Source: Oikopleura dioica
Taxonomy: Eukaryota > Animalia > Chordata
Reading direction: 5' to 3'
DNA: 64,000 nucleotides
NCBI GenBank assembly: GCA_907165135.1
Contig: OU015569.1
Location: 10,230,001-10,294,000, forward strand
The position numbers and the translations under genes were made by a program. Under the pieces are notes generated by a model. It saw nothing but the letters and a program-made list of their open reading frames with translations, did not search any database and was not told the origin of the DNA. This document shows, piece after piece, positions 37,001 to 49,681 of this stretch (the stretch's first letter is position 1; every line of letters starts with the position of its first letter).

Positions 37001-37371
37001 TCCGCGTCTGCCTCGTTGAAGCGCCGCCTTCGCCTTGCCACAGCTTCGCCGCCTGCTCCTTCGTTCTCCTCGCCGTTCTCGGCGCCGCCACTGGCCAAGA
37101 ACTCAACCAAATCCAACGCCTCTTGATGAATTGCGTCGATCTTCAACCCAACTGTGTGCACAGCGCCTAGAATTACTCGATAAGTAACAAATACACAGAT
37201 GCTTGCGATACCTTGAATGACAAGCGCGGCTTCAGTGAAATTAACCTTCGCTTTCTCTTCATAGTCGCGCTTGAAGTCTTCCAGAATCGATCCGATGTCG
37301 ACGTCGAAGCATTGATTTTTCTTAACAGGACGAAAGAAGACCGACCACGATTTCGATGGGTCCGGATTCAT
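34090..37371 (-). CDS. NCAPH2: Condensin II kleisin subunit CAP-H2
   Basis: N-terminal FFRPVKK..FDVDIGSILEDF...VNFTEAALVIQG and C-terminal QWKRAIAPKLEEEAKLPDFNI...PHWERSRKFAAMLQMANEG match CAP-H2 N- and C-terminal domains. The frame is intact apart from two TIR insertions. Confidence 0.88.
34548..35119. mobile_element. MITE with CTAG ends (572 bp) inside an NCAPH2 coding exon; candidate Introner
   Basis: TIR CTAGGGTCGGAC / GTCCGACCCTAG; 8-bp TSD GCATTGAG at 34540-34547 and 35120-35127; many CCTTA(C/G)TAAGG internal repeats. Confidence 0.92.
36540..36913. mobile_element. MITE with CTAG ends (374 bp) inside an NCAPH2 coding exon; candidate Introner
   Basis: ~35-bp imperfect TIR CTAGGTCTAGGATTTGGGGTGACCGTTGGTGATCC; TSD TCCTTGAG at 36532-36539 and 36914-36921; GGTGATC/GATCACC internal repeats. 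Confidence 0.92.
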
Positions 37372-37499
37372 ATCTAAAATACTCAAGTAAATCGGAGTAG
37401 GGAAATTAGAATGGATTAAATAATTTCTTTTAACAAAAACTAGCAATTATCCATAAGCTTCTCTGTCTTTATGAGTTCTCTGAATATTTTCTGATAATT

Positions 37500-37650
37500 A
37501 AAAAGCGCGGGAGACGCGGCGCTTTGGCTGTTTGCCAATTCTGAATGAAGAAAACAAGAGATGGATAAAGGGGAAATTTTCGAGCGGGGTACCACCCGGC
37601 CAATCACAGACCCGCGTAGGCGCCTCCCTTGCCTTCCCCATTTGAACTTG
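37500..37650 (-). promoter_or_regulatory. Possible cell-cycle-type promoter of NCAPH2
   Basis: E2F-like GCGCGGGA at ~37505, CCAAT boxes at ~37535 and ~37600, CHR-like TTTGAA at 37641. Motif-only evidence. Confidence 0.3.
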
Positions 37651-37882
37651 AATTGTCACATGAATTAGACATCATGAATCATAAATAATCCTTTGTAATA
37701 AGCATTATATGCCATTGATCAAAGTTTCAATGAAAAATCTTTAAGAATAGAAAAATTTTTTGAACGAATGTTTATTATAAAATCAGATTAGGCGTTGAAC
37801 TTCTTGAAACAGACAATTGGTTTCCAATCTCTCGGAAATAGTACAGTACAGTCAAACAGTAAAGATTACTTACAGCAGCCAA

Positions 37883-39334
37883 TCACACGCTTTCTTGAGT
37901 AAGATTTCGCCGCCCGACAAGGACGGCAGTTGCAGACTTCATTCGAATTTCCTAAAGTAATTAATAAAGGAGAGTTAGTGCTGCCGACATGCCTGGCTGA
38001 AGTCGCTCCTGCGGTAGGTGACCTTTGCGCTGACAAAAGCGACTTGCGATTGGTGTCGGAGCTTGATCGTTCGCGCGTAGTGAATCGAGTCCACTCCCTG
38101 TTCATGCGGCTCCGCTCGATATCTTATCGTATTTTCACTTTCTTCAATTACAGTCAGCTCGATGAGCGCCCCCTCTATCGTCGAGTCCGTGTCTTCCAAG
38201 TCCACTAAAGAGGAAGATAGGAAGCAGAGATTTGAAGAACCAACTCAAACCTGTTATAATCCAGTTTGTTGTTCCGGTCGGGTTTTTCTTGAGACACATC
38301 GCCGTCAGAGTCACTTTCGCCGAGATATTCAAAGCGGGCAGTTCTGCAGTGTTGGTGATGACACGAACGTTTTCGTTGAGAGCGTGTTCGATCATGTCTA
38401 TTCCACCGGTGGAGCCGAGAACCACCTGAGCAGATTCGTTCTTCTGAACTGAAATCATTTCAGTAAGTCAGCAGTGGAAAACAACCGCTTACTCATGCTC
38501 AATCCAGCGTCTACATTGTACGTGTTGAAGAAGTTTTCTAGCGACGAGTTGGAAATGGTCTTTGGCGGGCGGCGGTAAGGGACGATGTCTTCGCTCTCGA
38601 CGAGATCGAAGCAGCTGATGCCACCGGAGAGATGTTTGTGCTGAAGTACCGACTAAATATGAGAGCGTTGCTTTCAGTGCTATTCTAGGAATCACCGCGC
38701 TAGAATCACCGCCACTTTAGAAGTCACTCTTGATTTATTTGAAAAAAATATTAATACAGAGGATGAGCATCAAGTAAGTCAGTAGATGGCACCAAATGCG
38801 AAATCACTGCACCTGGTGGCTTACCGATGCTGGCTCTAGGTTTCCATTATTGAATACCTTCAGATTTGCCAGAGCGAGAGAGGGATACTTGCCCGTGGCG
38901 TCGAGCTCATCGACTAGCACGAGATTCACGTGACAGTTCTTCGTTACGTCAGGAAGCTTATCCTTACTCTTGTGCCTTGTCTTGGGATTTGCTAAGTCGA
39001 TCGTTTTCCAAAAGTCAAGGTTCAACAATTTATGCTTATAGAACGAGATTTGAGAAGTGACTTTGTGTGAACCTTGACAGAAAGGCTCTAGCTCGAATCC
39101 ATTCCTCTCGGCGGGCATACTTTTGAGAACGACGCCTCTGTAGCCCCACTTGCGGTGGATAAAGTGCTGTCCGGGCGTGTGTCTGGCTGCTGGGCCCCCA
39201 GCCGCTCCCAAACGTTCAAACTGTACCAGTGCATCTAAGAGTGAGCGAAAACTTCAAAAATTATCTCTTGGTGAAAACTTACTTGACGAGTGGGCCGCTG
39301 CTCTCTGAGTCCCCCTGATGAACGAATTGTTCAT
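37883..39334 (-). CDS. POLDIP2: Divergent POLDIP2/PDIP38-like protein (YccV-like plus ApaG-like domains)
   Basis: PGQHFIHRKWGYRGVVL matches the YccV/HspQ-like start of POLDIP2. The C-terminal beta-rich exons sit where ApaG is expected but are weakly conserved. Confidence 0.65.
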
Positions 39335-39826
39335 CTGAGTATGAAAAGAAGATGGTGCTGTAAATACAAGCCGTAGCAGTAATTTAGTCTACTCAGGGAA
39401 TTCTTCTAAGTCGAAAGTACACTTCCTAGTTACAACTAACGCTGTAATGGCGATTATCAAGTGTAAGTGTTGAGGTCACGGACTGAAAGAGTCTAAAGGT
39501 TCGCAAACTATATCTCTCGACTTGAAGCAACTCAGTCCTTGCTCGAAAAATATTAAAACAGGCAATTCAGGGCAGCGCGAGGGTCCGGGGCGAACGATGA
39601 GAAGCAGACTCGATTCAGAGCGCACCGAACTCGGATCATCCATTGGTTGGCATGGGGCCAACTCTGATACTGAATGCGCGCCAACAAGCGCACTTCTGAA
39701 TCTGCCTACACTAGAACACCTTGCGCAAGTATTGCGAAATTCGTAACCTGCTTTGGAGAAATTTAGAATTACAAAATCGCCTTCAAGAAACAGATAATCA
39801 AAATCTTTTATTTATAAATCGTAACT

Positions 39827-42365
39827 TTATTTATTGTCATCCAACGAGACCAGCTCATTATTTGATAAAGGACGAACATGATTAATCTTAGATCGTTGCT
39901 GAACGACGCCATGGAGAGGCGAATTCTGTCGGATTTCTAATTCTTTCGGATGCTCCTTTGTTGGATTTTTGAATTTTGACTTGACAGCTTTCTCCTTGAT
40001 TTTTAGACAGGGCTGCAGTTTGAAAGTCAGACATCGAAAGATATTTACTCTGAATAAGATTTTATAACTTACAGTTTTGGTTGAATACCTTGTTTCGACG
40101 GATAGCAGTTTTTCTTTGATACTTGTTTGGGTGAAACAGTGAAATATCGCGAGAAAGAGCCCCTGAAAAGCGTTTGTAAAGGCGAACAAGTACTGAAAGA
40201 CGAAGGGCTGAAAATGCCAAAATGACAAGAGTCCAAAGAGCCAACTTGATCCCGTGACAGGATACAAGAACAAAACACTCCGGAGCATTAAAAATATCTT
40301 CGACCGCATTCCAAACTCGTCCGACATAATTTTTGCGACAATAAGAACCATAAAAACTAGGTTTGATATTAGAATAATAATTGCCGGAATCGCGAACGCC
40401 CAAATCGAATGATCTTCAGGACTTTATCTGTTAAAAATGAGTAATCTTTGAGAAGTGTACGGTCAGTTTTAACAGTCCTAAGCCAGCAGAGCTCTGGATC
40501 AAGTTCATAACGTTTGACAAACACGCTTGAATTAGCAAGAAGTAGGATTAGTGGTAGTCCCCAGCCGATAAGTGCAAACACACGCATATTTGAAAAGTGA
40601 AAATTTTCGGTCACGCTCGCATAAATGTAGAATGTTCCAACCATCATCCAGCAGATTGAAGTGAGTGAGGCGTAGTAAAGAAGTATCATCTCCAGAACGC
40701 ATGTCCATCGTTTCAACGACGCTTTCTCGAATATTTTACTCGCTCTACTGATCAGTTTTGTGACCTACCTCGAGTAAAAGAAATATGAAACAATTCAGGA
40801 ACATAGAAATTGCCAGTTGTTGATGAATTCTTGTCTGAAGATCTAAGTGTCCTAAAAGGCGGTAGACCAGCAACAGAGCCAGAAGACTGAAAATTGACAG
40901 ATAAAGTCCTGCTTTAGTAATCGCTGATAACGAGATCTCAACAGGTGGAGGGATATCTGTTTCGCTGAATTATGTTTTTTGATAATTAAAACGCAAGCAA
41001 CAAACCTTATTTGAAATAATATCGCGAATGAAGTCAGATGATTACAGTATGCATTTAGATGAAAGTCTTCAGTAACAAACGTCTCGCATCCATCCTATAA
41101 TAAACTCTCATGGATCAAACAAGATCACTTACTTCCGACCAGGTTCGAGTTCTATTGTCCCAAAATCTAAGTGTCGTCAGATTTCTTTGGTCTTCTTTGT
41201 GATATTCCTCAGGAAGGTGGTATGTAAAAGTTATATTCAACGAATTTTGAGCAACTGTATTCGGGTGGACAGCCACTGATGTTATATTTGTCATGAATTG
41301 AAGGATTGATCCTTTTTCCCTGTACTTTGGATAAAAGATCTTCAAGTCAGAATGCGGGGTAATCGCCACTACCCTCTTATTAGAGTTCTTAAAGCAAAAG
41401 ATCTCGCATCATTTCTATTTTTGTCAAACTCTTCCTCAAAAGAACCGCCACTGGGAGTTGAAACGGACGCGACAAAATTATCACCCGAATTCGCAGCATC
41501 ATTTTCCGATAGAATTTCGATTCTATACATTCTTCTATGTATCCCGACCGTTCCACGAGCAGCAAGTGCAAATGAGATAGAGAAGCTCTCCACATTTTCC
41601 ATGAGATCGACAATGGTCGATGCTGAAGTTAAAAATTAAGATAATGGGGCGTAAATCAAAATTGAAACCTTCAGATTGACGTTTCAAAGTTTTCCATAAA
41701 AGCTCCATCTCGAGGATAAAATCCACCAAATCAAATACGTGATCCCAAACGAATATTGGGAGTCCCGTAATATTTATTTCGCTCAGAACATCCAAGTACG
41801 CCAGAATGGAACAATATGAGCTGACAAATTCAGCACTTGGAATGGAGCGAATCTCCCGCAAGTGATCAATAATAATAGACGGGGTTAATCTTTATCTGCT
41901 CAAAAAATGTGTCTAAAAGACTCTTTAATATGCTCGTTTGAACATTTCCCGGGAGAAATTAGTGCAGCTATCATTTTTGCCAGGTCTACGTCCCTTGAAT
42001 TGAGTTTGCTGTAATGAATCCATTGCGAATCAAGCGACACTCTTCTATGTCTTTCCAGCTCGTCGAAGCGATCTATCTATGGTTGAAAATGCTCTCTTTT
42101 ATACGATACAACCCTGCTTTTCAACCGTAGCATGAGGAAAGATCTTACACACACCGACATCATTTTTCAAGTATGAAAGACTTCTGCATAAATCTCTTCT
42201 GTCACATCGTTCGACGCACTCTCCGAACGTTATTCCTTCCAATAGCTCGTCATAGTGATAAAGCTCTAGGCCGAAAACGTAATTATAGCCAACTAGCTCG
42301 CCATTAATTTCGTCCGGACGGGATTCTATCCCTTCCAAAAGTAGCAAAAATGAAATTAAAAGCAT
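39827..42365 (-). CDS. Adhesion-class GPCR with N-terminal PAN/apple-like domain
   Basis: Signal peptide, ECVERCDRRDLCRSLSY...CKIF, GPS motif FWDNRTRTWS..GC...CNHLTSFAILF, family-2 7TM motifs (FALIGWGLP, CWL, SWLFGLL, YLFAFTNAFQGLFLAIFHC). Confidence 0.9.
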
Positions 42366-42658
42366 ATTTGATCTCTTTTGTTGTGGCGCAAAGAAGCTGT
42401 TTGGTATAATTGGATCTTCGTATCCGGTTTTGCGAGTACAATGATCTTTAGAATTCGGAATGGGGTTGTCACTGTTTTCAATAACTGAAAATGTGCCTGC
42501 TTCTTCCGATTTTGCTAAGAATGAGACATATTTTACGATTTCAAGCTTGTTTTATTCAAATTTGAAAGAGAATTTAGCAGTTACAGGCCGAAATAGGAGT
42601 CAGATAGAAAAATGAAGGGAAAATATACGAACAAGCAGGGGTGACGCGCAGATGTTGT

Positions 42659-42950
42659 CTAGCGTCGGTTGGTGTTGGCGTAGTGACGTCCGCTGGAGTA
42701 GGAGTCGGTGTTGGAGTTGTAGTGCCAGGCTAGAAGTCTTTTAAAGCTGAGAATTTATTCACTTTACTTACTTCGATTATCCGAGACGTAGTGCTCATGG
42801 TTGCCTTCATTGGCGTAGTGGCTTCCTTAAAGAAATTTAAAGACTACATCGAATATTGTTCTTACCGTTGCTGTTGTTGTAGTAGTAGCCTCGGTCAGTG
42901 ACCGTGTACTGGTTGCCCTGGGAGTTGGTTCCTCGGTATTCGTTTGGCAT
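42659..42950 (-). CDS. 69-aa Tyr/Asn/His/Ser-rich protein (3 coding exons)
   Basis: Exons 42950-42866, 42825-42772 and 42729-42659 join in phase via GT-AG introns: MPNEYRGTNSQGNQYTVTDRGYYYNNSNGSHYANEGNHEHYVSDNRTWHYNSNTDSYSSGRHYANTNRR. TATATAAA at ~43070-43077, 5'UTR intron. Confidence 0.8.
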
Positions 42951-43263
42951 TGTCTTGAGTAGCTCGGGTAGATCGAAACCTGAATCCTATTTAGCAAAAA
43001 AAACGGGGTAATCTGGCGAAACCTTTTGCTGTTGGCTCTAAGAGTGAGCAAAAACAGCCAATGCCTGGGTTTATATACGAAAAAGGGAAAGCTCAAAAGG
43101 GAAAATTCCCCTTTTTTCGACCAATCACGTTACGTGCTGCGAAACAGCTCCCCCTTTCGATACCAGTCGTTATCGAAGTTCAAATCATCCCAGCCTTGAT
43201 CTGTCGGACCGACGTCGGCAAATCTTCGTTTGAGATTCTGCGCATTGCGATAAGGGTTGATAT

Positions 43264-43544
43264 GGGTGGCGGGCGGCTTCGTTCGCAAAGGCCATTTTGC
43301 GAACGGCGTTCGCAAATTACGAACGGCGTTCGCAAAATCGAAAAATTTTTGGCCGAAAATCGTTCACAACTTTTTTCAAAATGTGTCCCAGCGGTAGAAA
43401 AAGACTGCTCCTGCCAAGCCAATGAGTTCTCTCCAAGAAAATGCGCGAAGCGCACACTTACGGCAAGATTTTTTTTCGTTGCGAACGGCGTTCGCAAGAT
43501 TACGAACGGCGTTCGCAAATTGCGAACGAAGCCGCCCTACACCC
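43264..43544. mobile_element. MITE (281 bp) with 8-bp TSD in the divergent intergenic/5' region
   Basis: Imperfect TIR GGGTGGCGGGCGGCTTCGTTCGCAA / TTGCGAACGAAGCCGCCCTACACCC; TSD GTTGATAT at 43256-43263 and 43545-43552; CGAACGGCGTTCG repeats. Confidence 0.88.
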
Positions 43545-43563
43545 GTTGATATCGACGGGAGGA

Positions 43564-46500
43564 ATGGCTTTGAGACGAGCTCTCATAAGCAGTTTGACTT
43601 CGGAACTATGCTTCGTAATTTGTTATTGTTCTAAGAATTTCTGGAAAAAATCTCTAGATATGTTTTGAAGGGGAGATCTCGGATCCAAGTTGAACCAGTT
43701 CAGAAGGATGCCGAACGCGAAAGGGGTTGAAATTGAGTTTTATATAAGGAGTACATTTTCTGAGTCAACTGGTATTTCGTACTGAGACAGGTGTAAATTT
43801 TGATAAACCAATACATTTATCTGATTTTGACCCCGATGTAAAGATCTTACTGATCAAGAGGCAGCGACTGTCATCTCTGTCGACCAAGCAGAAAAAAGTT
43901 TATTTGGAAATGACCAAAAGCTTGGCTTTATGCAGCAGATTGCTAGCTACACCAGCTTCTCGCTTAGTACTGGCGAAGCTGAGAAAAACGCAGATGATGC
44001 AAAGGCAAAGAAAGACGAGCCCTGCAAGCTTGGCACCTTGATGGGAGTCTATCTTCCTTGTGTTCAAAATATCTTTGGCGTTATTCTCTTCATCCGTATG
44101 CCCTGGATCGTCGGTCTCGCTGGTATCTGGGAAGGCCTTGGCTTGATTTTCTTCTGCTGCTTGACAACTATGCTCACTGCTATCTCAATGAGTGCGATTG
44201 CAACAAACGGACGAGTACCTGCTGGTGGAAGTTACTACATGATTTCGCGATCACTCGGACCTGGATGGGGCGCGGCGGTTGGAATGATGTTCTACTTTGG
44301 AACCACCATTGCAGCTGCTATGTACATCATTGGTAAGAAGAATCACAAATGATCCAATCTATTTTTATTATAATTATTCAGGCTCGATCGAAATTGTGAC
44401 ACTTTACATGGGCGTTCTCAGAATATTCGACATCGAAGGCGGCTCCTTCATTGGCGCTTTTGGCATCTCCGGCATGTACGATAATTTCCGAATTTGGGGA
44501 ACGATTCTCCTTATCATCATGTGTCTCATCGTTTTGGCCGGTATGAAATATGTAAACAAGTCGGCCATGCCATTCTTGATCTGCGTTATCGTTTCAATTC
44601 TCGCTCTTTTCGTCGGATTCTTTGCCTCGGCTGCCGGTCCCAATGCTGACACTGTCATGTGCATGGTTGGAGATACTGTTGCTAAGGTTATTTGCTATTT
44701 CCCTCTTTTTATTACTTAACTATTTCAAGCGACCACGAGATGGTTTGTGCTACAAGTTCCTCGAAGACATGCCAAATTTCAATGAAGCCAACTTCTATGA
44801 CACAGCAACTGACTGTACGAACACAAACGAGATCTGCTCTCCGACCGTCCTCTCAACCGTTCTTGGTAGCGCCGACACTCATTTTTACCAAGCCAAGTGC
44901 CACTACCACGGCAATCAATGGAAATGCAAGACTCCTACTGGTACTAAAATCAATGTGAACCCATTCGAATAATAATTTTAGAACTTTTCAAGAATTTCTG
45001 CAAAGCCGCCGCTGAGGAAGACTTCGACATGGCAACTTTTGATCCCCAGGACCCTTTCGCTGGTTGCCGATATGAATCCCTTCTTGCTGCACCGGTTTGG
45101 AATAGACATGGTGTTCCTGGTCTTGCTCGAAAGATTTCTGGTGATGTTTATTCCGAAGAAACCTGGAACTGGCAGCCGGAGCATTACCGAGAAGACAAGG
45201 GTCGAATTAACATTCCACAGCTTCTTACAGGTCATTAGACTTAGATTGAATGATAAACTAAAAATATTTTTTAGACCAGCGTAATGATACCAACAATGTC
45301 ATTCACTGCACAAATTATGAATTTATCGACTTTCCTGATCGATACAGGAACAACCATCAGCATCAGTGGAATTGCAAAGACGACGCTTGGGTAGCACATC
45401 CGGATAGACGAGACATTCTTCAAGGCTCAGTTCTATAAAGTCGGCCATTTATACTTTCTTTTGTAAAATGAGCGACTATATAAACTAGAGACAGATATTT
45501 TCGACAACAAGAATGCTTGTGAGGGTCTTGATGAAACTAACACTGAAACACCTTTCCCATACGTTACATCAACTCCAACTTCTGGTGCCGGATTCACCAC
45601 TACTATGGTCCTCATCGGTGTCTTCTTCCCTTCAGTCACCGGAATCATGGCAGGATCAAACAGATCAGGCGACTTGGCAAACGGTTCAAAATCCATTCCC
45701 ATTGGAACTACTGGAGCTATCTTAACAACTGGCATCGCTTACCTTGCTAGCGCTCTTCTTATCGGTCTTACATCTGATGGTGCCCTCATGCGAGACAAAT
45801 TTGGTGATTCTTTGTACAACGGGAATGGAAATCAGGTTCTTTATTTTTTTATGTTCGATCTTCTAAAAGTTTAGATTCTTATGAATGCTTCGGTTACCTG
45901 GCCACACCCTTGGGTTATGCTGATCGGATCATTATTGTCTTCGATTGGGGCAGGTCTTCAATCCCTTACTGGTGCTCCTCGTCTTCTTCAGGCGATTGCT
46001 AAGGACGATGTTATTCCAAAATTCGAAGTTTTTGCTAAAGGACGCGGTGAACTCAACGAGCCAACTATCGCCATCATTCCAACATGTAAGTAGAGTTACA
46101 GAAGATATGTTCTCACTTCCTTCTTAGTCATTATTTGCTTGGCCTGCATTTGGATCGGTGAAATTGAAGCTATCACTCCTATCCTCTCGATTTTCTTCCT
46201 TATGTGCTACCTTTTCGTCAACCTCTCTACGACTGTTAACAGCTTGATGAATTTGCCTATGTGGAGACCAACATTCAAGGTAAATGCTTAATCACAGAAA
46301 TTTTCGACATAAAATTATTAGTACTATCATTGGACCGTTTCTCTTCTCGGCTGCCTTTGCTGCCTAACGATGATGTTCATTACCAACTGGGCCGCCGCCA
46401 CGTCGATTCTGATCCTAGCCTGTGCCATTTACATTTGTGTCACGGTTTTCGGTGGCCAAAAAGAGTGGGGAGACTCCATCACCGGCATGTACACCACTGT

Positions 46501-49500
46501 AGGAACCGGTTGCACACATTTCAGCTTTGATAAAAAAAGTGTGAGAAAAAAGAGTCGTCTGCAACCAATGGACAGCAATAAGTGCCATCCGTCAATTGAA
46601 CCAGCATCTGTCGAGCCACACGAAGTCCTGGAGGCCACAAGTGCTCGTGTTCAACAAACTCGTTGAAGATGATAGCACCACTACCATCAAGTACCCCAAG
46701 CTCTTAGGTCGGTGTTATTTTTTTGAGACATAACCGGATTCACGGTTATCGCTGATTTAACTCCCCTTCAAACAGTGTATTTTAGAGTTCGTGGCGAGCT
46801 TGAAGGAGGGCAAGGGTCTCATGATTATCAAAACACTTATCCAGGGAGAATACGAAGAGTACTCAAACGAAAAGGACAGATTCAGAATATTTCAACAAGA
46901 ATTATCTCGTAAATCATCCACTAAGGGTCGTACTGTAAGGCCCTTACTAAAGTGAGAGTCTCTTACTCTAAGTTCACCACACGAATTTCGTATAACAAAA
47001 GAAGCTGATTTATTCAAAGCATTCTGGGAGGGAGGGTCGAGAATCAAAATTCTTGCGGTCAGGAACATCTTTGTTGCATTCGTTCTCAAACCGCTGTTGC
47101 TCATTGATTACGACGAAATATTTAATTCTGAATCTCTAAATACAGGAGAAGATCGAGCGCGAAATCAGAGAGCAATTGAAGGAGAAAAACATTATTCCTG
47201 TGGAATGCTCTGTTGCCGTAAGTAGTTTTCGGAGTCAAACTTCTTGTTGTCGTTAATTTGCTAAGTAATTTCACTTCAAAGACGATTGAATAATTCAATG
47301 GAATATGTATCAATAACAATTAACACTTGTGAGATAATGCCGGAGACAATCAAATTAGTGCCCCTCTATTTTCGTCAATACGCGTTAGGGTTAATAGAAA
47401 ACATCACCAACGCGTTTGTGCGAACTATGAATTTATCACTATATTTGTTACTTCTAAAACCTCGTCGTTTACAACCTCGATCGTAGGCAAAAGAACTTTT
47501 TAAATTGAACTAATCCATTTTGGATTAGCTTTCTAAAGGTAGCGTTATCGGGGTAGCTCTTGTAAGAGAAGGATTTGTGAAATGATTGCTCGGAAGCGGG
47601 CCTATTTTTAGCTTTGATCAGCGCTTCTAAAAACGTAAAATTTCAAGGTTTCGCCGAAGATCGCCGAAGATGTTCCACTCATCTGTCAATGCTCCGGCCT
47701 TAGCGGATTGAAGCCCAACTGTATTGTGCTGAACTTCCCTACTGTGAGCATTTCTAGGAAAGCGGTTCAAGGACTTTATTCAAGTGACTGAAGATCTTCA
47801 CTTTTTCGAGTCAACTACTAGTCGAAAATTTTGAACAAGCATTTTCTATAATTAAATGATTCCTAGGTTCCGGATTTTTGCTGTAATTATTTGCTTACGC
47901 TAAACTTAGTATGGTTAAGTCTTTGTTGTAAAGGAACCGTTCTATAAGAAAGGATTACTCGTTTTTCTACAACACTGCCCGTCACGCAGCCCAAACAGAT
48001 TGCGCCTTGATTGTCTCCAAGAACATCGACGAGTTCCCAGGGCAGAAGGACGTTATGCAAGGAAACATCGACGTCTGGTGGATCAGACAAGACGGAGGAA
48101 TGAGCCTGCTCCTTGCCTCGCTGATCAGACGTGTCCCAACGTGGAAAAAGACCAAGTTGCGTGTATACGTTACTGCTGATCCTTCCGACAATTCCGAAGC
48201 TATGCGAAAGGCGCTTGTCGAGTACCTTTCCGATATGCGAATTAGCGCAGATGGTAAGTCCTCGTCAAATTGAAGTATGAAAATTGCGCCCTCGCGATCT
48301 CTATGACAGCAAGTTCGTGAATAACTTCGGCGCTAAGTCCCTAAACTATGACCAAAACTAGGCTTCCGAAAATTCTGGAGTAACGCTGAAAGTCGTCTAC
48401 AAGCAACAGATACTGTACAATTATCCCCAACACGCTCTCTAGGTTACGCTCGTTTTGAAAATTCAGTGACGTAGGAGATCGCGTGAAAATTGAAAATCGT
48501 ATCGCGCAAAAGCTGATTTCATTTGCTTCACGGTGCCCTGATGGTAAATTCAGAGGCCGAGACTTAACCTTGATCTACTGAAACCATCAGATAAGATTTT
48601 AGAACAGTTTTGCTCGTTTCACAGCTAAACTTTCTATTCAGTGAACATCGTCGAAGTCGAGAGCGAAGACACGGATGCTTACGCTACTCCCGAAGGCACA
48701 ACAAGAACTGACGATAGCAAAGATCTCGATCATGTGGTGAATCTTGCCCGCAAGAGCGTTGCCGTCGCCTGGACTCCAGAGGAATCGCTTGAAAATTACT
48801 CGCCTTGAGAATGAACCACACGGTGAATTCCTCTCCATAGTGAGACATAGCTCCGTGTGCTCAATTTAGGGGATTTGATTCGATTTATTATCAAGCAGGG
48901 CGTGATTGAATCCAATCACCACATATCAAAAACCAACGTTGTCGGGTCTCAATTTTAAATTCTGTATTTTTGTTGAACAAACTAGCGCCAATACAAGATA
49001 ACTCCAAATCTTAAGCGTTTTAACAGCAAAAAGCCTCCTTCGATGGTCTACCAACTTCGTCCTCCTCTGGTACATGGTCCGGCAATCAAGGCAAACCGAA
49101 GCCACGAGCCACGGTCATGAGAGTAAGTTTAATCATTTTTTAGGCAAAAAATTTTTAGTATTCAGCAAACAAAATTTCACTGGTGGGTAGAACTATGCGG
49201 GCGCAAGCCTCAAAGGGCAGATACCTCGTACTAAATGTATGGGAATGAGGTCTCTCTGCGCAGCCACCCGCAAATGGTTTACTCCGCCGCACTTATTTTT
49301 CCAGTGCTTTCTTCCGAAGATAGTAAATTGTATTTTAAGAAAATCCACGAAGCGTCTGGACTGAATCGCCTGATCAATCAGTACTCCGGTGAATCCGACC
49401 TCGTCTTCATCAACATGCCTCCCTTCCCAGTCGAGCACAACGAAGAGCGAGAGCGAAACTACATGCGCTTCATTGAATCGTTGACAAGAAACATTCCCCG

Positions 49501-49552
49501 AACCATTCTCGTCCGAACAACTGGCAAAGAAGTCATCACCGCTTTCAACTAA
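43564..49552 (+). CDS. SLC12A: K-Cl cotransporter (SLC12A4-7/KCC family)
   Basis: [104 protein letters not shown]-terminal [11 protein letters not shown]. Start codon uncertain. Confidence 0.95.
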
Positions 49553-49681
49553 ATATAAATCTTCCACTTCTTCTTTCTTTAATATTTATTGCTAAAAATT
49601 ATATATAATAAAAATTCTCCTAACATATTAAAAAGAATCTCGCAAAAGAAGATGATGAGCTATTTTTTTGGGAGATATTGT

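Noticed and set aside
43061-43668. Several overlapping ORFs (e.g. 162 aa)
   Set aside because: They run through the GC-rich MITE repeats; no protein features.
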